A stretch of 64,000 bases of DNA, from positions 1,860,001-1,924,000 of the forward strand of contig NC_089434.1 in NCBI RefSeq assembly GCF_026210795.1. The letters are read 5' to 3'. Source of the DNA: Rhizophagus irregularis (taxonomy: Eukaryota). Position 1 is the first letter of the stretch; the number at the start of each line of letters is the position of its first letter. Below are positions 10,896 to 24,518 of the stretch, piece after piece. The translations under genes were made by a program, and so were the position numbers. Below the pieces are notes generated by a model. That model was not told where the DNA came from. It saw only the letters and a list, made by a program, of their open reading frames with translations, and made no database searches.

Positions 10896-12838
10896 TTAGT
10901 ATTTATTAGTATGATAACTGCATAATAATAATTAATTTGATTCTTTAAAGAATAAAATTATTAATAAATTTAAAAACTTTAAATTTAATTCTAAATTTGC
11001 TATTTTAGTAAGTAAATTAAAAATTTTATAAATTAAATTGTACAAATCAAAAGAAAAATTAATCTGATATTATATAAGAAATTACATAAAGTAATATAAA
11101 TTTTGCAAATATAAAAAACTTAAAATTAATTTTATTTTTTATTTATTTTATAACTCTAAAATTATAAAATTATAAAATTTTTTTTTTTTTTTACAAGATA
11201 GTACAATTTGTAAGTTTATATGTAAAAATACAGAAATATTTGTTATATAACTAATTTTTTAAAAACTTTAAACTAGTTTTCTATTTATAAGATCACTTCT
11301 GTACTCTACTATCATCTTATGAAATTCATCTGTATTCTTCCATAATAACTATTGAATTATATAAGATCATCATATTATAAGGTTTTAGTATATGCTTTTA
11401 CTACTTTTTAAATAAAAAAAAGAAATGTTATGTTATATTTATATATTTTTGTATTAGTATTATATACCTTTCATAATATCCTATTTTCTTCTCTAATAAA
11501 ATTAAATAAAAAGATTACTATTTTATCTAAAAAATGTTTAAATAGTTAAAATAAAAAAACCAATAATATTAAATTGTTAATACTATACTAATAATATTAT
11601 TTATAATAGAATTCATTTTAGGCTAACTAATATTAAATTAAATGTAATGTAAAATACATAGCTAATTCAAAATTTTTTACAGTAGATGTAATTATTTCTT
11701 ATAGAGTTTTTCTTAAAATTAAAATTAAACATTATATAATTTACTTATTGAAAGATATTGATCTTTTACTAAAATACAATTAATATATTTCATAAGTTTT
11801 AGCTTTTATAAAAATTACAACTTTTTATGCATTACTTGTTAAATAACAGATTCATTGAGTTTATTAATTTTAAAACAACCTGAAAAAATATTAAATAATA
11901 AATTTAAAATTATAAATTAAATGTTAAAATTAAAGATTATAAATGAAATAACAGTAAAGCTTTAAAAAGGATCTGGTAAAAAAAAGTTAATTGATAAAAA
12001 AAAGTTCAAAAAAAAGGGATGATAATTATAGTGATAAAGATGGTAATTATTCTGGTAATAATAATAAGATAATAGTGAAATAATAATGAATAAAGAATAT
12101 TGAAGATATAAATGATGGCAAAGAAACTTTTATTAGTTAATATTAATGCAAATAAGTTATATATCCAATTAGTTGAATCTGTCACAATTAGTATTTCTCC
12201 AATTACAAATAACTGTATTTGCAAAATATTTATTTCCAAAAAAAAAATTGGTGTATTGACAATGTTGCAAGTTAAACAAGTATTGGAAAGCAAGGTAAGC
12301 AAAAAAAAATTAATAATGATCGAATTTGTGTCTGTTGTTCCTGCAATACCTTCATAAGGATTAATATTATTCAGTTCTTATGCATCATCCATCGTAATCA
12401 AATCAGTTCTTGGAATAAAAACAGGTTCGGAGTAGCAAGCAATCTAATTCATTTCTTAGCGCATAATCTTTTTCACATTACAAGCATTTCCCATGATCTG
12501 TAATTCTTTATCTTTAACAATATCGTCCCTAACTTTTTGAGAATGCTATAAGTGAGGTTTCGAATACCGGAAAGAAGTGAAAGAAGCATCCTATTGATCC
12601 AGATCTTTAGGAACCTATAAACAAGCAAAGTATGAAGTAGTAAAAAATGTCCTTTTATAGCGCTAGAAAATTTAATCCTCCTTGCAAACTGCATAACCCC
12701 AAATGAATAAATACGTAAAAACAAAAAAAATTTTTTTTATTAATACATTTAATACATGCAAAATAAATATATATCGGGTCTATGCCATAGTACATGCGAA
12801 AAATACATCGAACGTGACATCTACGCTACTATACATGA

Positions 12839-13075
12839 TTATTTTTTCGAACGGTATTCTTCTATCCTAGCTTTTTTCTTTGAAGATTCGTCTTCCGCAT
12901 ATACCCTATCTTTCAACAGCCCTACTATTATTTTCAAAACCTTCTTCACAGCACTACACAAATGATTAGTATACGCTGGAACTTTTGTCCAAGGCCTTGT
13001 TAAATTTAATAATAACGGGAACTTTCACTCGTCTGAAAAATTTCACCCGGAGAATAGAACAATCCCTGACTGATG
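12839..13075 (-). pseudogene. Frameshifted C-terminal fragment of a multicopy Glomeromycota hypothetical family (Crinkler/REase-like tail)
   Basis: The minus strand reads LFYSPGEIFQTSES..IKFNKALDKSS../LCSAVKKVLKIIVGLLKDRVYAEDESSKKKARIEEYRSKK*; the family assignment is from memory. Confidence 0.5.
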
Positions 13076-13416
13076 CCACAAAGTTAGACCTAGTTTGTAC
13101 ACAATTAAAATATTTTATTTTCACGTGCAATGAATGAACCAATGAATATTCATTTGATCAGCATATACGCCATTATGGTAAAAAACAAAAAAAAACCGTT
13201 TAAAAAAATGTTTCTCTAATTCTCTCATCAATCAACCTTATCAAAAAAAACTTTTTTTCTTTTCTTATAAATTAATTCCAATAAAAACGATTAAAACACG
13301 ACGTCAAATAAATTCATATATTTTCCTTAGGATATACCTTTTTAACTAATTGTGTCTTTTTTTTTTATCATTAAATAAAATTTGAAATTTATTTATTATA
13401 AAATTATATAAAAGAA

Positions 13417-16400
13417 ATGTTTCAGCAAGTTAAAACAGGTTATTTACTTTCTTTTTTTTTAAAAGTATTATAATAAAATTACTTTATTTTAATGATCGTT
13501 CTTCGTTTTTTAGTTGTATCCTACGTAGCTGGAACGTCAACGCTTCGTCAATACGATCTTGGTGAACAAGTTGCCAGTTCAGGTTTATGGAAGATCTTTG
13601 CAGGTGGATGATATTTTTGTTTTCTTAAATAATTTTTTAAAATGACTCTTATTAATCTAATTTAATTATTGATAGGTACTAAAAAGACGACAGGACAAAA
13701 AGTAGCCGTATTTGTGGGTATTAGAAATCTAAATCTTAAATTAATCGGGTTTATTATAAAATTATTAATGAATAAATATTATTTAGATGTTTGAAAAAAA
13801 GATTATAGACAATCCTTTAAGGAAAGGTTATGATAAAAAAGAGACCGAAAGGGTTTATACAGTTTTAAAAAAAGAGGTAATAAAAAAATATTTATTTATA
13901 ATTATTTTAATTTTAAATATATTTTTACTTATTTGTATTTGATTTTAGGCTAGTCAATTGTCGCGACTTCGCCATCCATCACTATTAGAAGTTGTTGAAG
14001 CTGTTGAGGAAACAAGAACAGTTATCACATTTGCAACTGAACCTATTTTGGCTTCTCTATCAAATTTACTTGGAAATTATGATAATTTATCTCCTATCCC
14101 GAGCGACATTAAGAGTTTTGATATGGATGAATTAGAGGTACAAATTATTTAGTAACGTTTTCTTGAAATGTAATCTTTTTTAAAATAATTTTATGTAGAT
14201 TCAGAAGGGTTTACTTCAAGTCGGAAAAGGCTTACAATTTTGTCATAATGATGCTAAAATTGTTCATTCAAATCTTGTTCCAGAAGCAATATTTGTAAAT
14301 ACAAAGGTATAGATATAATAAATAAAATTTTTTATTTAAAGAATAACTGATGCTTATATTTATTTTAATTAGGGAGACTGGAAAATTGGAGGGTAATTTA
14401 AATTTAATCATTTTTAATTAGATTTTTCAGTTTAATTTATCTTGTCGAAAAAAAAAAAATGTATACATATATATTAGATTTGGATTCGGCACTTTTCTCA
14501 ATAATCCTGATTCCCCAGTACCTTACGAATATCCAGATTATGATGTTCGAATACCAAGTTACGCGCAAAAAAATTATGATTACATGGGTAAATAAATATA
14601 CCTAAGTTCTTTAAATTTGTTGTGCCTCAGATGACGACTGATCTAATTTTTTGGTCAATTTTATGATGCCTTAAGAGAGTGGCTAAAATAATTCATCTGA
14701 AGTGCGAACTGACGGTTAACACACAACATATTTATACTAAAAAACTTATTGTCTTCGATTTCTTTGTAAATTTAGCGCCTGAATACGTGTTGGATGAGAA
14801 TCTTGATTTCGCGAATGACATGTTTGCGCTTGGCTGTTTAATATATACGGTGCATAGACATGGCAAACCTCCAATGGAAAACCATAATAGTATTCACACA
14901 TATCGAAAAAATATTGAAAATTTATCATCGATAAATTACGACCATCTTCCATACCATCTTCATGGTAGTTTTTGAAATTTTATTCTATTTTTATTATAAT
15001 GATTAAATATCTAATCGGTTTATATATTTTTATTGTCTAGAGGTTATGTATAATCTTATTACGCGATATCCATCTCAGAGAATGACTGCAGCTGAATTTC
15101 AAACGTGCAAATACTTTGATAATGTCTTAGTTTCAACTGTGAAATTCTTTGAAAGCTTTCCTGAGAAAACCGCAGACGACAAAGCAAATTTTATGAAAGG
15201 CTTAATCAGAATTTTGCCGCAATTTCCTGAAAGAGTACTAGTTCGCAAGGTAAATTTACTTTAAAATATATTTTTATTTATATAGAAGGAAATAATTAAC
15301 TAATATATTAAATATGATTTAGATTTTACCATCTCTTCTTCAAGAAATGAAGGATCATTCACTTTTGGCTTATACTCTTCCTAATATTTTCTTTATAGCA
15401 CAAAAATTATCTCCTAATGATTTTTGCGAAAAAGTTCTTACTCCTCTTAAACCAATATTTTCTGTTTCTGAACCAATGCAAAATATGATAACTTGCCTAG
15501 ATAATATTGATTTGTTTCAACAAAAAACCTCATCTTATATATTTAAAGAAGGTATTTTATAAGCAAACTTAACTTTTTATATTATAAATTTTACTAACTT
15601 TACGCGCACCATAGATGTAATGCCCTTAATTTATCATGCGTTGGAAGCTAAAACACCTGCAATACAAGACAAAGTTCTTAAAGTTATTCCAGCGATAGCT
15701 GATTCTTTAGATATTTCGACTGTTAAGGTTTCATTATTTCCAAGGATTCAGGTATGAAGAAATATTTTTTTTTAACAAATATAGATTCAATTATAATTAA
15801 TGATTTTTATAATTTTTAACAGAATTTGTTTATCCATACTACACTATTATCCATTAAAGTTATAGCCTTAGTCTGCCTTCAATCATTAATAAAATTTTTG
15901 GACAATGTAGGTCTATTTGTTAATTATTGGTTATTTCAGTTTATAATTGCTTACATTATTAATTTTTCTCTTTTTGTTGCGTAGTTTACGATAACGGAAA
16001 AACTTATACCTTTGTTAAAAGGTATCAAAACAAAAGAAGCCACTGTAATGGTAAATAATTTTTTGTTATAATTAAATTTATGCATTATATATATATTTAA
16101 TATGCTTTATATTATAGGTTACTACGCTATCAGTGTTCGAAGAAATGGGCAAGAATGGAGAAAAAGATGTTATAGCTACTGAAATAATACCACAATTATG
16201 GAGACTATCTGTTGTTCCTACGTTAAATCTTCAACAGGTATGAAATTATAATTTATACAGAAGTTTTTTTTTTAAAAAAATTTCTCTGTACTAAATTTTT
16301 CACCCTTTTAGTTTCAAAAATTCATGGATGTGATCAAAAAATTATCTATGAAAGTTGAACAGGATCATTCTCGTCAACTTCAAGACATTAGGAATATTGA

Positions 16401-17350
16401 AGATAATACAAAGAAATATGTAGAAGGAGGAAAAAGTAGTGATGATGTAGTTCCCGTTGATTTTGAAAAGCTTGTTGGTTCATCAGGAGGAACAATAAAT
16501 GGTAATACAAGAAATGGCATTAGTAATGGTGCCATTGAAATTCCATCGGATCCTTTTGACACACCGGGTAATAATCCTGTTGCCGAATTTATGACTACAT
16601 TAGGATCTTCTAATATGGTACGTTTTTATTCAAAAATTCTTCTCTCTAATATTTTAAAATAGGTTTGCCAATAATTTTTTTAATTATTAGAATTCGACGA
16701 AAAGTGATAGAAAATTGTCATCATCATCCGTTCAATCTGATTTCTTCATAACAAATGGAGGAATTACTCCAATGTCACCAAAACCTCGTAATTCATTAAA
16801 TTCAACAAATTCATATGCAGGAAGTAAAGCTCATTCGCAGACACAATCAATAAATTCATTTTCTACAACATCTAAACCTTCACTTGATATAATTCCATCA
16901 TTACCGCCACCAAATTCTTCAAAAGCAGGAACACTTTCATCAACTTCAACTACTACTTCAATTTCATCAAGTCTTTTTAATTCAATAGCAACAACTTCAC
17001 GAATGTCTCAACAAAATTTTGATCATTCAAATACAATGAATACGTCTAGGCCATCATCAAATACGCCATCTTTAAACAACATATATTCACCTAATACAAA
17101 TACAAACACAAGTTTTAATTCCCAATTTAATTCAATGTCATCATTGCCAAACAAAAATAATAATACACTTAATTTGAATAAGAATATGAATACTCCTCCA
17201 TCTCAACCTATGTTTAATGCCGGAAGTATACTTCAACCCATAAATTCAAATAAGTCAGGGTTAAACAACAACGGCAATAGTAATAATAATTCAAGTACTA
17301 ACCAAAAAATAAGCAAGGGAGATTTAACGATGTTCGATCCCTATTCGTAA
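13417..17350 (+). CDS. SCY1: SCY1/SCYL2-like pseudokinase with HEAT repeats and an S/N/P-rich disordered tail; multi-exon
   Basis: ATG at 13417. Spliced motifs: [114 protein letters not shown]-like helical region follows; the tail ends DLTMFDPYS*. Confidence 0.9.
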
Positions 17351-17840
17351 AATTTTTTTGTTAGATATATTTATTATTATTTAGAGGGAAATAGCAGAGT
17401 TGTACAATTTATAATGATTAAATATATGTTAAAATTATTTATATAGTATTAAAATAAATTATACCATGTAATATTATAAATTAATTAATATGCGTTATTT
17501 TACAAAAATCAAAATTAATATAATTCAAAAATTTCGAAGGTAAATTAATATAAATAAAAATTTAGCATTATCTGTTACGTCCCTTTCTATAAAATGAATA
17601 AAGTATTTAATATGAATTAAACACATTAATCAAAAATTAAATGTATAGGGATTGAAGAAAATTTCTTTGGTGTATAGATCTCTGATATTAAGAATTAATA
17701 TGAAAGAATAGACAAACTTAAAATGCGAGTTTAGCGTTTAAACATTTTTTTTTCAAATATCAGATATCATGAATTTCTAATTAAAAATCAAAGCCTGCCA
17801 AAAACTGCCATTAAAAATAAGTGACCAAAAATGCTTAATT

Positions 17841-20654
17841 TTAACTATTTTTTGACGATAAATTATCTAGCCTTTCTTTAGCTTCATGACTTCCATTCTT
17901 TACGGCTTTTTCGTACCAATAAATAGCTTTTTCTATATTCTTTTCTGTTCCCTTACCTTGTTCGTATAAAAATGCAAGACTTTTTTGTGCATCACGATTT
18001 TCTTCTTGAGCAGCTATTTTGTAAAAATCGAATGCTTTTTCTTTATTCATATTCACTCCAATTCCATGATCATAACAATATCCAACTTTATACTGAGCAT
18101 CTACAAATCCTTGATCAGCTGATTTTTTATAAAACCCAAATGCTCTAACTTTATTTTGAAGTATACCCTCTAATTCGCAACATTTGCCCAAGTTATATAA
18201 TGCAACTTTACTGTCATCTTCTGCTGCTTTCTGATACCACCAACACATATTATCTAAAATGTTTATTGATTTTTCATCATAATCATAACGTTCAACATTA
18301 ATTTGTGCCACGTTATTATATAATTCAAATCCTTTTTTCTTATTAACCTCAGTTCCAATACCGTTTACATAGCAATATCCTAGTAAGAGTTTTGCATAAA
18401 AAAAATTATTATCAGCCGATTTTTTATACCATTCAAATGCTTTAACCTCATCTTTTTCAACACCAGTTCCTAGTTCATAATATTCGCCTAAATTATATTG
18501 TGCTATTTCATGTCCATTTTCTGCTGCTTTATGATACCAATGAAAAGCCTTTTCTAAATCTTTCTTTGTTCCTATTCCATTTTCGTGTAAAAATCCAAAA
18601 TTATTTTGTGCTCTACTATAATTTCCTTCTTCAGCAGCTATTTTAAATAATTCAAAAGCCTTTACATGATTAATATCTGTTCCAATTCCACGATAATAAC
18701 AACGTCCTATTAAAAATTGTGCATTTATATTTTCTTGTTCGGCCGATTTTTTATAAATTTCAAATGCTTTACTAGGGTTTTTTTCTATTCCTTTTCCAAA
18801 TTGATAACATTTTCCTAAATGATATAATGCACTTGAATTTCCATTATTAGCTGCTTTTTCATACCAATAAAAAGCTTTCTTTAAATCTACATTTGTTCTT
18901 GCTGTACCTTCTTCATATAAATTACCAAGGTAAAGCTGTGCACATATGCTATTATTCCCTATGGCATTACGCAAACAAATAATTGCTAATGGAATATTAA
19001 TCTCAGTTCCTGTTCCCAATTGATAGCATTTACTTAAATAAACTTGTGCAATATGATAATTATCTTCTGACGCTTTTGAAAATAATTTAAATGCTTCATG
19101 AATATTATTTTCAATAATAATACCATTATAATAAAGAAACCCGAGAAGGAAAATATATTGAGGTTTTGTTTGATTATTCATAAGCCAGTTAAAAATGTCA
19201 TTACTTGGAATTTGATCGTAAAGATTAATACATTGATTAATAAATTGATTTGTTTCCATAAAGTTATATCCTCTTTTATCTTGTACCTTAATCAACAATG
19301 TAATTAATTTATCAACAATTTTTTCGATAGTTAAACCACTTATCTCATCAAACAATTTTTTCGCTTGTTTTAATATATATAGAGGAATTTCATTTTCTGT
19401 CATATCATCTAAATCATATTTTAGTATAAAATCGCTTATTACTAAATCAGTAAATTCATCCTCTTTTGACACCTTATTTTCTGTATTTTCTACATGTACG
19501 ATAGAATTAATTTCTCCATTATTTTCATGAGAAATTATTGACTTTAGAGATGAAACAACTTTTTGTATATTAGGTCTTTTATTAGGATCATCTACCCAAC
19601 ATGCTAATTTTTTTTTTTTTAGAAAAAAGAGCCAACGTAAATAAATAAAATAAATATTGAAAAGAATATTATTTAAATTTAATAATTTACCTTCGTATAA
19701 ATTACTATATTCAGGTGGTGTATTTTTAATAATATCCTCCCTCATTCCATTTCTTATAGCTATAGCTAAACTTGCATCGTATGGTGTATTTTCGTCATAA
19801 AAAGGTCTACGCCCACTTGATAACTGCCAAAAAAGGACACCAATACTATAGACATCTGATTTAGTAGTTATTACATATGATTGATTTTCTAAGCATTTTG
19901 GATCTACGTATGGTAGCAGACCGTGTGCATCTTTAAGATAATTTGGTGCTTCAGATATCTTTCTAGATAGGCCGAAGTCTGCTAATTTAACATTATTCCG
20001 ATGTATGAGTACGTTATACGCATGCTAAGATATAGATATAATATTATTAATCTTATATAAATTACAGTGAATTATTATGTTTATTGTGTTACCAAATCAC
20101 AATGTATTATTCCTTCATCATGAACACATTCTACAGCATTTGCAAGTTGCAATGCCAACCGATATTTATCATTCCATTCAAGTTCGTTGAATTTTTCCTT
20201 TAAATAAGAATACAATGAACCACCATCAGCATATTCGAGAATTAACAAATATTTATTTATCTGATTAGCTAAACCAGAAGTTTCTAGTTTTGAAACTCCA
20301 TAAAATCGTAAAATGTTTGGATGAAAATCAACTTCTCGCTGTATTTCTATCTATAAAATATTCTAACGAGTTAATACTAATTTTGCTTATTAACTATCGG
20401 AAATTGGCAATACTGTATCATCATTTGAAATTTAAATGAATTACCTCATTCAAGATTTCTTTAACAGTTAATTTATATGAAGATTTAACAATCAAAAGAG
20501 TGTCGGTTCCTTTCCAATTCGCTTGATAAATATTTCCGACTGAACCATGATTAATTTCTTTCATATTAGTGAATTCGGAATAAGGATAATATTTTATATT
20601 AACTGTTTTTTCTACCCATTCAACGGGGTCATCAAATTGCTTATATGTCATCAT
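17841..20654 (-). CDS. TKL-type protein kinase + ~12 Sel1-like repeats (paralog A), 4 exons
   Basis: Exons at about 20654-20445, 20350-20093, 20024-19691 and 19603-17841. Motifs HPNILRFYG, IHCDLHAYNVL, LADFGLS, SDVYSIGVLFWQLSSG; 36-aa Sel1 repeats (LG..Y..G.G..KD..KAF.WY.KAA). Confidence 0.92.
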
Positions 20655-21884
20655 TTCTCATTAATGTTAAAATTGAGAAAAAAAGAGATTTTCCAACCTG
20701 ACCGTTGACCCGATATATTTTGGGTTGTTTTTTATATATAAAAAAAATGCATGATTTGTGGTACAATATTTATTAATGTTTATGAAATTGTGCTACATTA
20801 TACAGAATTACAGATCGTCAATTTCAGTCTTATAACGTGACAGTCGTGACATCATCTTTCCAAGTATATATTTCAAAGAGCTTTCACAATTGTGAAAATG
20901 TATCCCGTTCCATAGTACTGTATCTATTAGTTTTCCAGAAGAGAGAAACAAAGTAAAAATCTACCGTTAATACTGTATATAATATACAAATAAATAATTT
21001 TATGTCATAGAAATAATATCTTTTCAAGTTAATTAGCTGAAAATTTTAATTTCAGGTGTAATTAACAAAACGAATTTTAATTTGGCTTAGTTGTTAAGGT
21101 CATAAACATAATTATGGAGATATACATAATGAAAATATTCAAGATTGCATTTTTTTTATTTTTTTACCGGTGTGCGTTTACTGTAAACAGTACAAGGAAT
21201 AAATTTACTATCAAAACATTGTCCAATAATAATACCATTAGTCATTAAAAAATTACATGATTCTGGACACTTTGAATTTAACATATTTTAATGCCAAATA
21301 ATTTTTTCTATATTGTTAATTACATACGAAAACAAGAATAAATTCTTATTGTATCATGCAGTTTTTTGCAATATTGATGAAGGGACTTATAAACTATTTA
21401 TTACATTATGAAGGCCTAAGTGTCTATTCACCCCGTTAAATAAAGTATCTATCTAATAAAAGAATCACCTAACGCTAAATACATAGTAAATTAAAATAAA
21501 AGATATATAAAAAGAAAAAGAAAGCCTAAAATAAAAAAGAAAAAAATTTCTACATGAATAAGAAAATGGTTAGTGTCTCCGGGTTGAACTGTGTTATCGG
21601 TCCGATACAGCAGCTTTCTCGATTAAAACCGTAAATAAATCATACCCTACAAGGGTGCTATAAACCTATAAATCGTAAATCCAGAAAAAAACTTGACCGT
21701 CCTTATTCAATCTCTAATCTAAATCCAAATCTACATCCGCACGCGTAATCGCTTTCTTTTTCTTGCGTTTCTTCCTATTATCTTCTTCCGTCTCATTCAA
21801 GTCCACTTATGCATATCAATTTGATCCTTAATTCATTTAGATTTATGTATTTGTTCACTTTTTGATCGGCAGTAAGTTATTTGT

Positions 21885-22290
21885 TTGAAACGTGTTGCAA
21901 AAGGTAAGTCTTTTTCATACATACAAAACAGAAGATATTCAAGTGCTTTAATAGATAATCAACCGAATTCAATATCATTTAATATATGTTGCTGCTTTTG
22001 AACACTAAATTAAGAAGAATATTATCTTCTGATAATAGTACTATTTCCGCAACTTTAGATAATAATTCTGGCGAATAATTGTTTTGGCAGTTTTTACAAA
22101 TTTCAGGTAATTGAAAATAATCTACAGCATATTATATTTTGTTAACTAATGAAATTTCTCTAATTGATCCTGTGTAATTATTCTATTCTATTCATATTTA
22201 ATACTCAAATGATTATTAAATTTTCCATCTCATCGAATAATTTGAAAAATAAAAAAATTACGACTTTAGAAAATGTTTGTCCGGAGTCTG
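21885..22290 (-). pseudogene. BTB/POZ-domain gene relic
   Basis: Broken minus-strand frames give YTGSI, YAVDYFQLPE, NNYSPELLSKVAEIVLLSEDNILLNLV and LNDIEFG*LSIKALEYLLFCMYEKDLPFAT. Confidence 0.65.
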
Positions 22291-22482
22291 TCATTAAGTC
22301 GTGATTTATTATCGTATCATTTATATTTTTACTTTCACATAGCTAGTAAGTAGTAACTAAAAAAAAGTTCTTACTCTGACACTGAAATGGGAAGTAAATT
22401 TACTATACTGTATTACTATATTTAATGGGAGTTCCATTAAACATACTGAGAATTAATATATTAATATTAGTACGTCTTAGAC

Positions 22483-22625
22483 TAGACTATAATGTGCTAG
22501 GACGTTAATCTACTAGATAGATTATAGTGTGATTATTAGACTATAATGTGCTAAGAATATAAGATGTTATTAGACTATAATGTGCTAAGAATATAAGATG
22601 TTATAGGTACACTATAGTCTACTAT
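22483..22625. repeat. Short tandem repeat of about 33 bp (TTAGACTATAATGTGCTAAGAATATAAGATGTTA)
   Basis: Two exact adjacent copies at ~22536-22603 plus partial copies. Confidence 0.75.
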
Positions 22626-23186
22626 ATTATACTCATAATTTTATTTCAGTTTATGAGGGGTGGTAGAAATAATTTTATTTTATGGAGTGGTGGGATGAGT
22701 ATGCTTCTCTCTGCGCCCTTTTTATTATCAAAGAGCTATACATCTGTTTGCCTCTTCGGCGCTGCATCCAGAATCTGTTGGGTCTATAATGGCTTCAGCA
22801 TACAATTTTAAGATCAGGTGGAATAAGGTATCAAGTAAAAATACTAACCCGTTCGAGATGAATTATATGGTTCTTCAGTTCGTTCTTCGCAGATTACATT
22901 CAATATTGTTAGGTGTTAAAATGGTAAGCCATTAAATTTCGAATATACATAAGGGACTTACTTGATTTAGTTGGGCTTTCTCATCAAGCATCTTGTTCTC
23001 TATATGAATTATTTGTCTCTTCGTTTGTATTTTCCAGAAAAGATCTATCTGTTTCGACTTTTTATCACCTTTATATTATTATATAGAAAGAGTGACAATA
23101 TATTATCAGCCTGAAACAACGGATAAACACCCAGTCTTTCCTTTACTGACACGCAATCCGCAAAGTAGTCCATTGAAGCACTGCAC

Positions 23187-23380
23187 ACTAACACACCATT
23201 TAGAGTATGCTCACCAACAAGCACGGCAACCTTTCCCACTGCCAATACGCGATTAGCAGGGTAATTAGTGACAGAACAGAGCGTGCGACTAACACACCAT
23301 TATGGTATGCTCACCAGCAAGCATGCAACCTTTCACACTGCAAACACGCGATCAGCAGGTATCTGGTGACAGAATAGAGC
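23187..23380. repeat. Tandem dimer of a GC-richer ~95-nt unit (23187-23282, 23288-23380)
   Basis: The copies align end to end (ACTAACACACCATT...GTGACAGAA(C/T)AGAGC); several differences are pairwise compensatory. Confidence 0.85.
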
Positions 23381-24518
23381 AACTTAGGCTGTAGTATCGA
23401 CTAAATAAATTCAACTTGCCTTAAAAACATTTATCCAGTTTAGTACCTTCTTCCCGATTTCGGAAGTTTCAGTATAATACTCTTTAGTTCACCTTTATAC
23501 GTACCATTTTTTCATCATCTAAATTACCTTCGCGTAGTCGGAAATCTAAAGCTTTTTAAGTGAAGGGCTTTCTGTGCTTTTCCAAAAGACTACATACGAT
23601 ATTCAAACAACGAGTTATATTATAAAGCATTTTCATAAAGAAATAGCTACAATTTGTCTTATCAGGTTATTTCAGAGCGTTAAGACATTCAGTACTCAGA
23701 TCCATTTTATATCTTTCGTTGCGAAAATAATATAATCACGAAAAAGTAATATAAGAGTTAATTTCCATAAAATGTAAAATCGCATGACGTACAATCTTGA
23801 TCTTCCAATGCAAACTAATGGGACATGTGCATATGAAAAAAATAATGATTTATTTTTTTGAAACTTTATTAATTTTCAGTGAAAAAGTGGAGCTAGCGAA
23901 TGAAATGTATGATGCTATCAGAGAGAGAGAGAATACGTACTTAAAAATTTTTTTCGATTTTACAGAATCTGTTGGTACGTAAAAATGCTTATCATAAGTT
24001 TTACTGCCCGAACAAGAAGAAGTAATGTATAGAGGCGGGAATATCGATTAACATACTGATGTTCTATTATGAATTTAAGGAGTGTCGAGTTGATCTAATT
24101 ACTATCGTGACGCGGTCATATTAACGTTCTGAATGTTTGAAGTCAATTGTGCAAGTTGTGAGGCCTTTATAGAGCATGGAATTGAACGCTGTAGTTATTC
24201 ATCCAACTTAACCCGCTGGTAAAGATTATTACTGTATCTTCAAAATGATACACATGACTAAATAATTTACCAAAATACCAAAATATATTAGAGGCATCAC
24301 TTATCCATTAAAAATAGAGAATAACCTAATAAAAGAATGTATGTTAATTAAATCACAATTAATAAATTTATTTGTAAATAAAAATGGTGAAAATATTAAT
24401 TTATCGTATTTGTTTATTCATAATTTATGAAATAAGACGATGAAGATTTATTTTGTAAATAATTAAATAATTAGTACAACAAAATAATAATAACTACTAT
24501 AATTATCCGACGTTATCA

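Noticed and set aside
19604..19745. N-terminal part of the 634-aa ORF as a separate gene start
   Set aside because: It reads through an intron (19604-19690) of the spliced kinase-Sel1 gene.
23045..23245. 66-aa minus-strand ORF
   Set aside because: Non-ATG start, no motif, and the frame is not preserved in the second repeat copy.
23187..23380. Hammerhead, HDV-like ribozyme or group II intron domain V
   Set aside because: CUGGUGA deviates from CUGANGA and no GAAA follows the next stem; spacing does not fit the HDV fold; no AGC triad/bulge for domain V.
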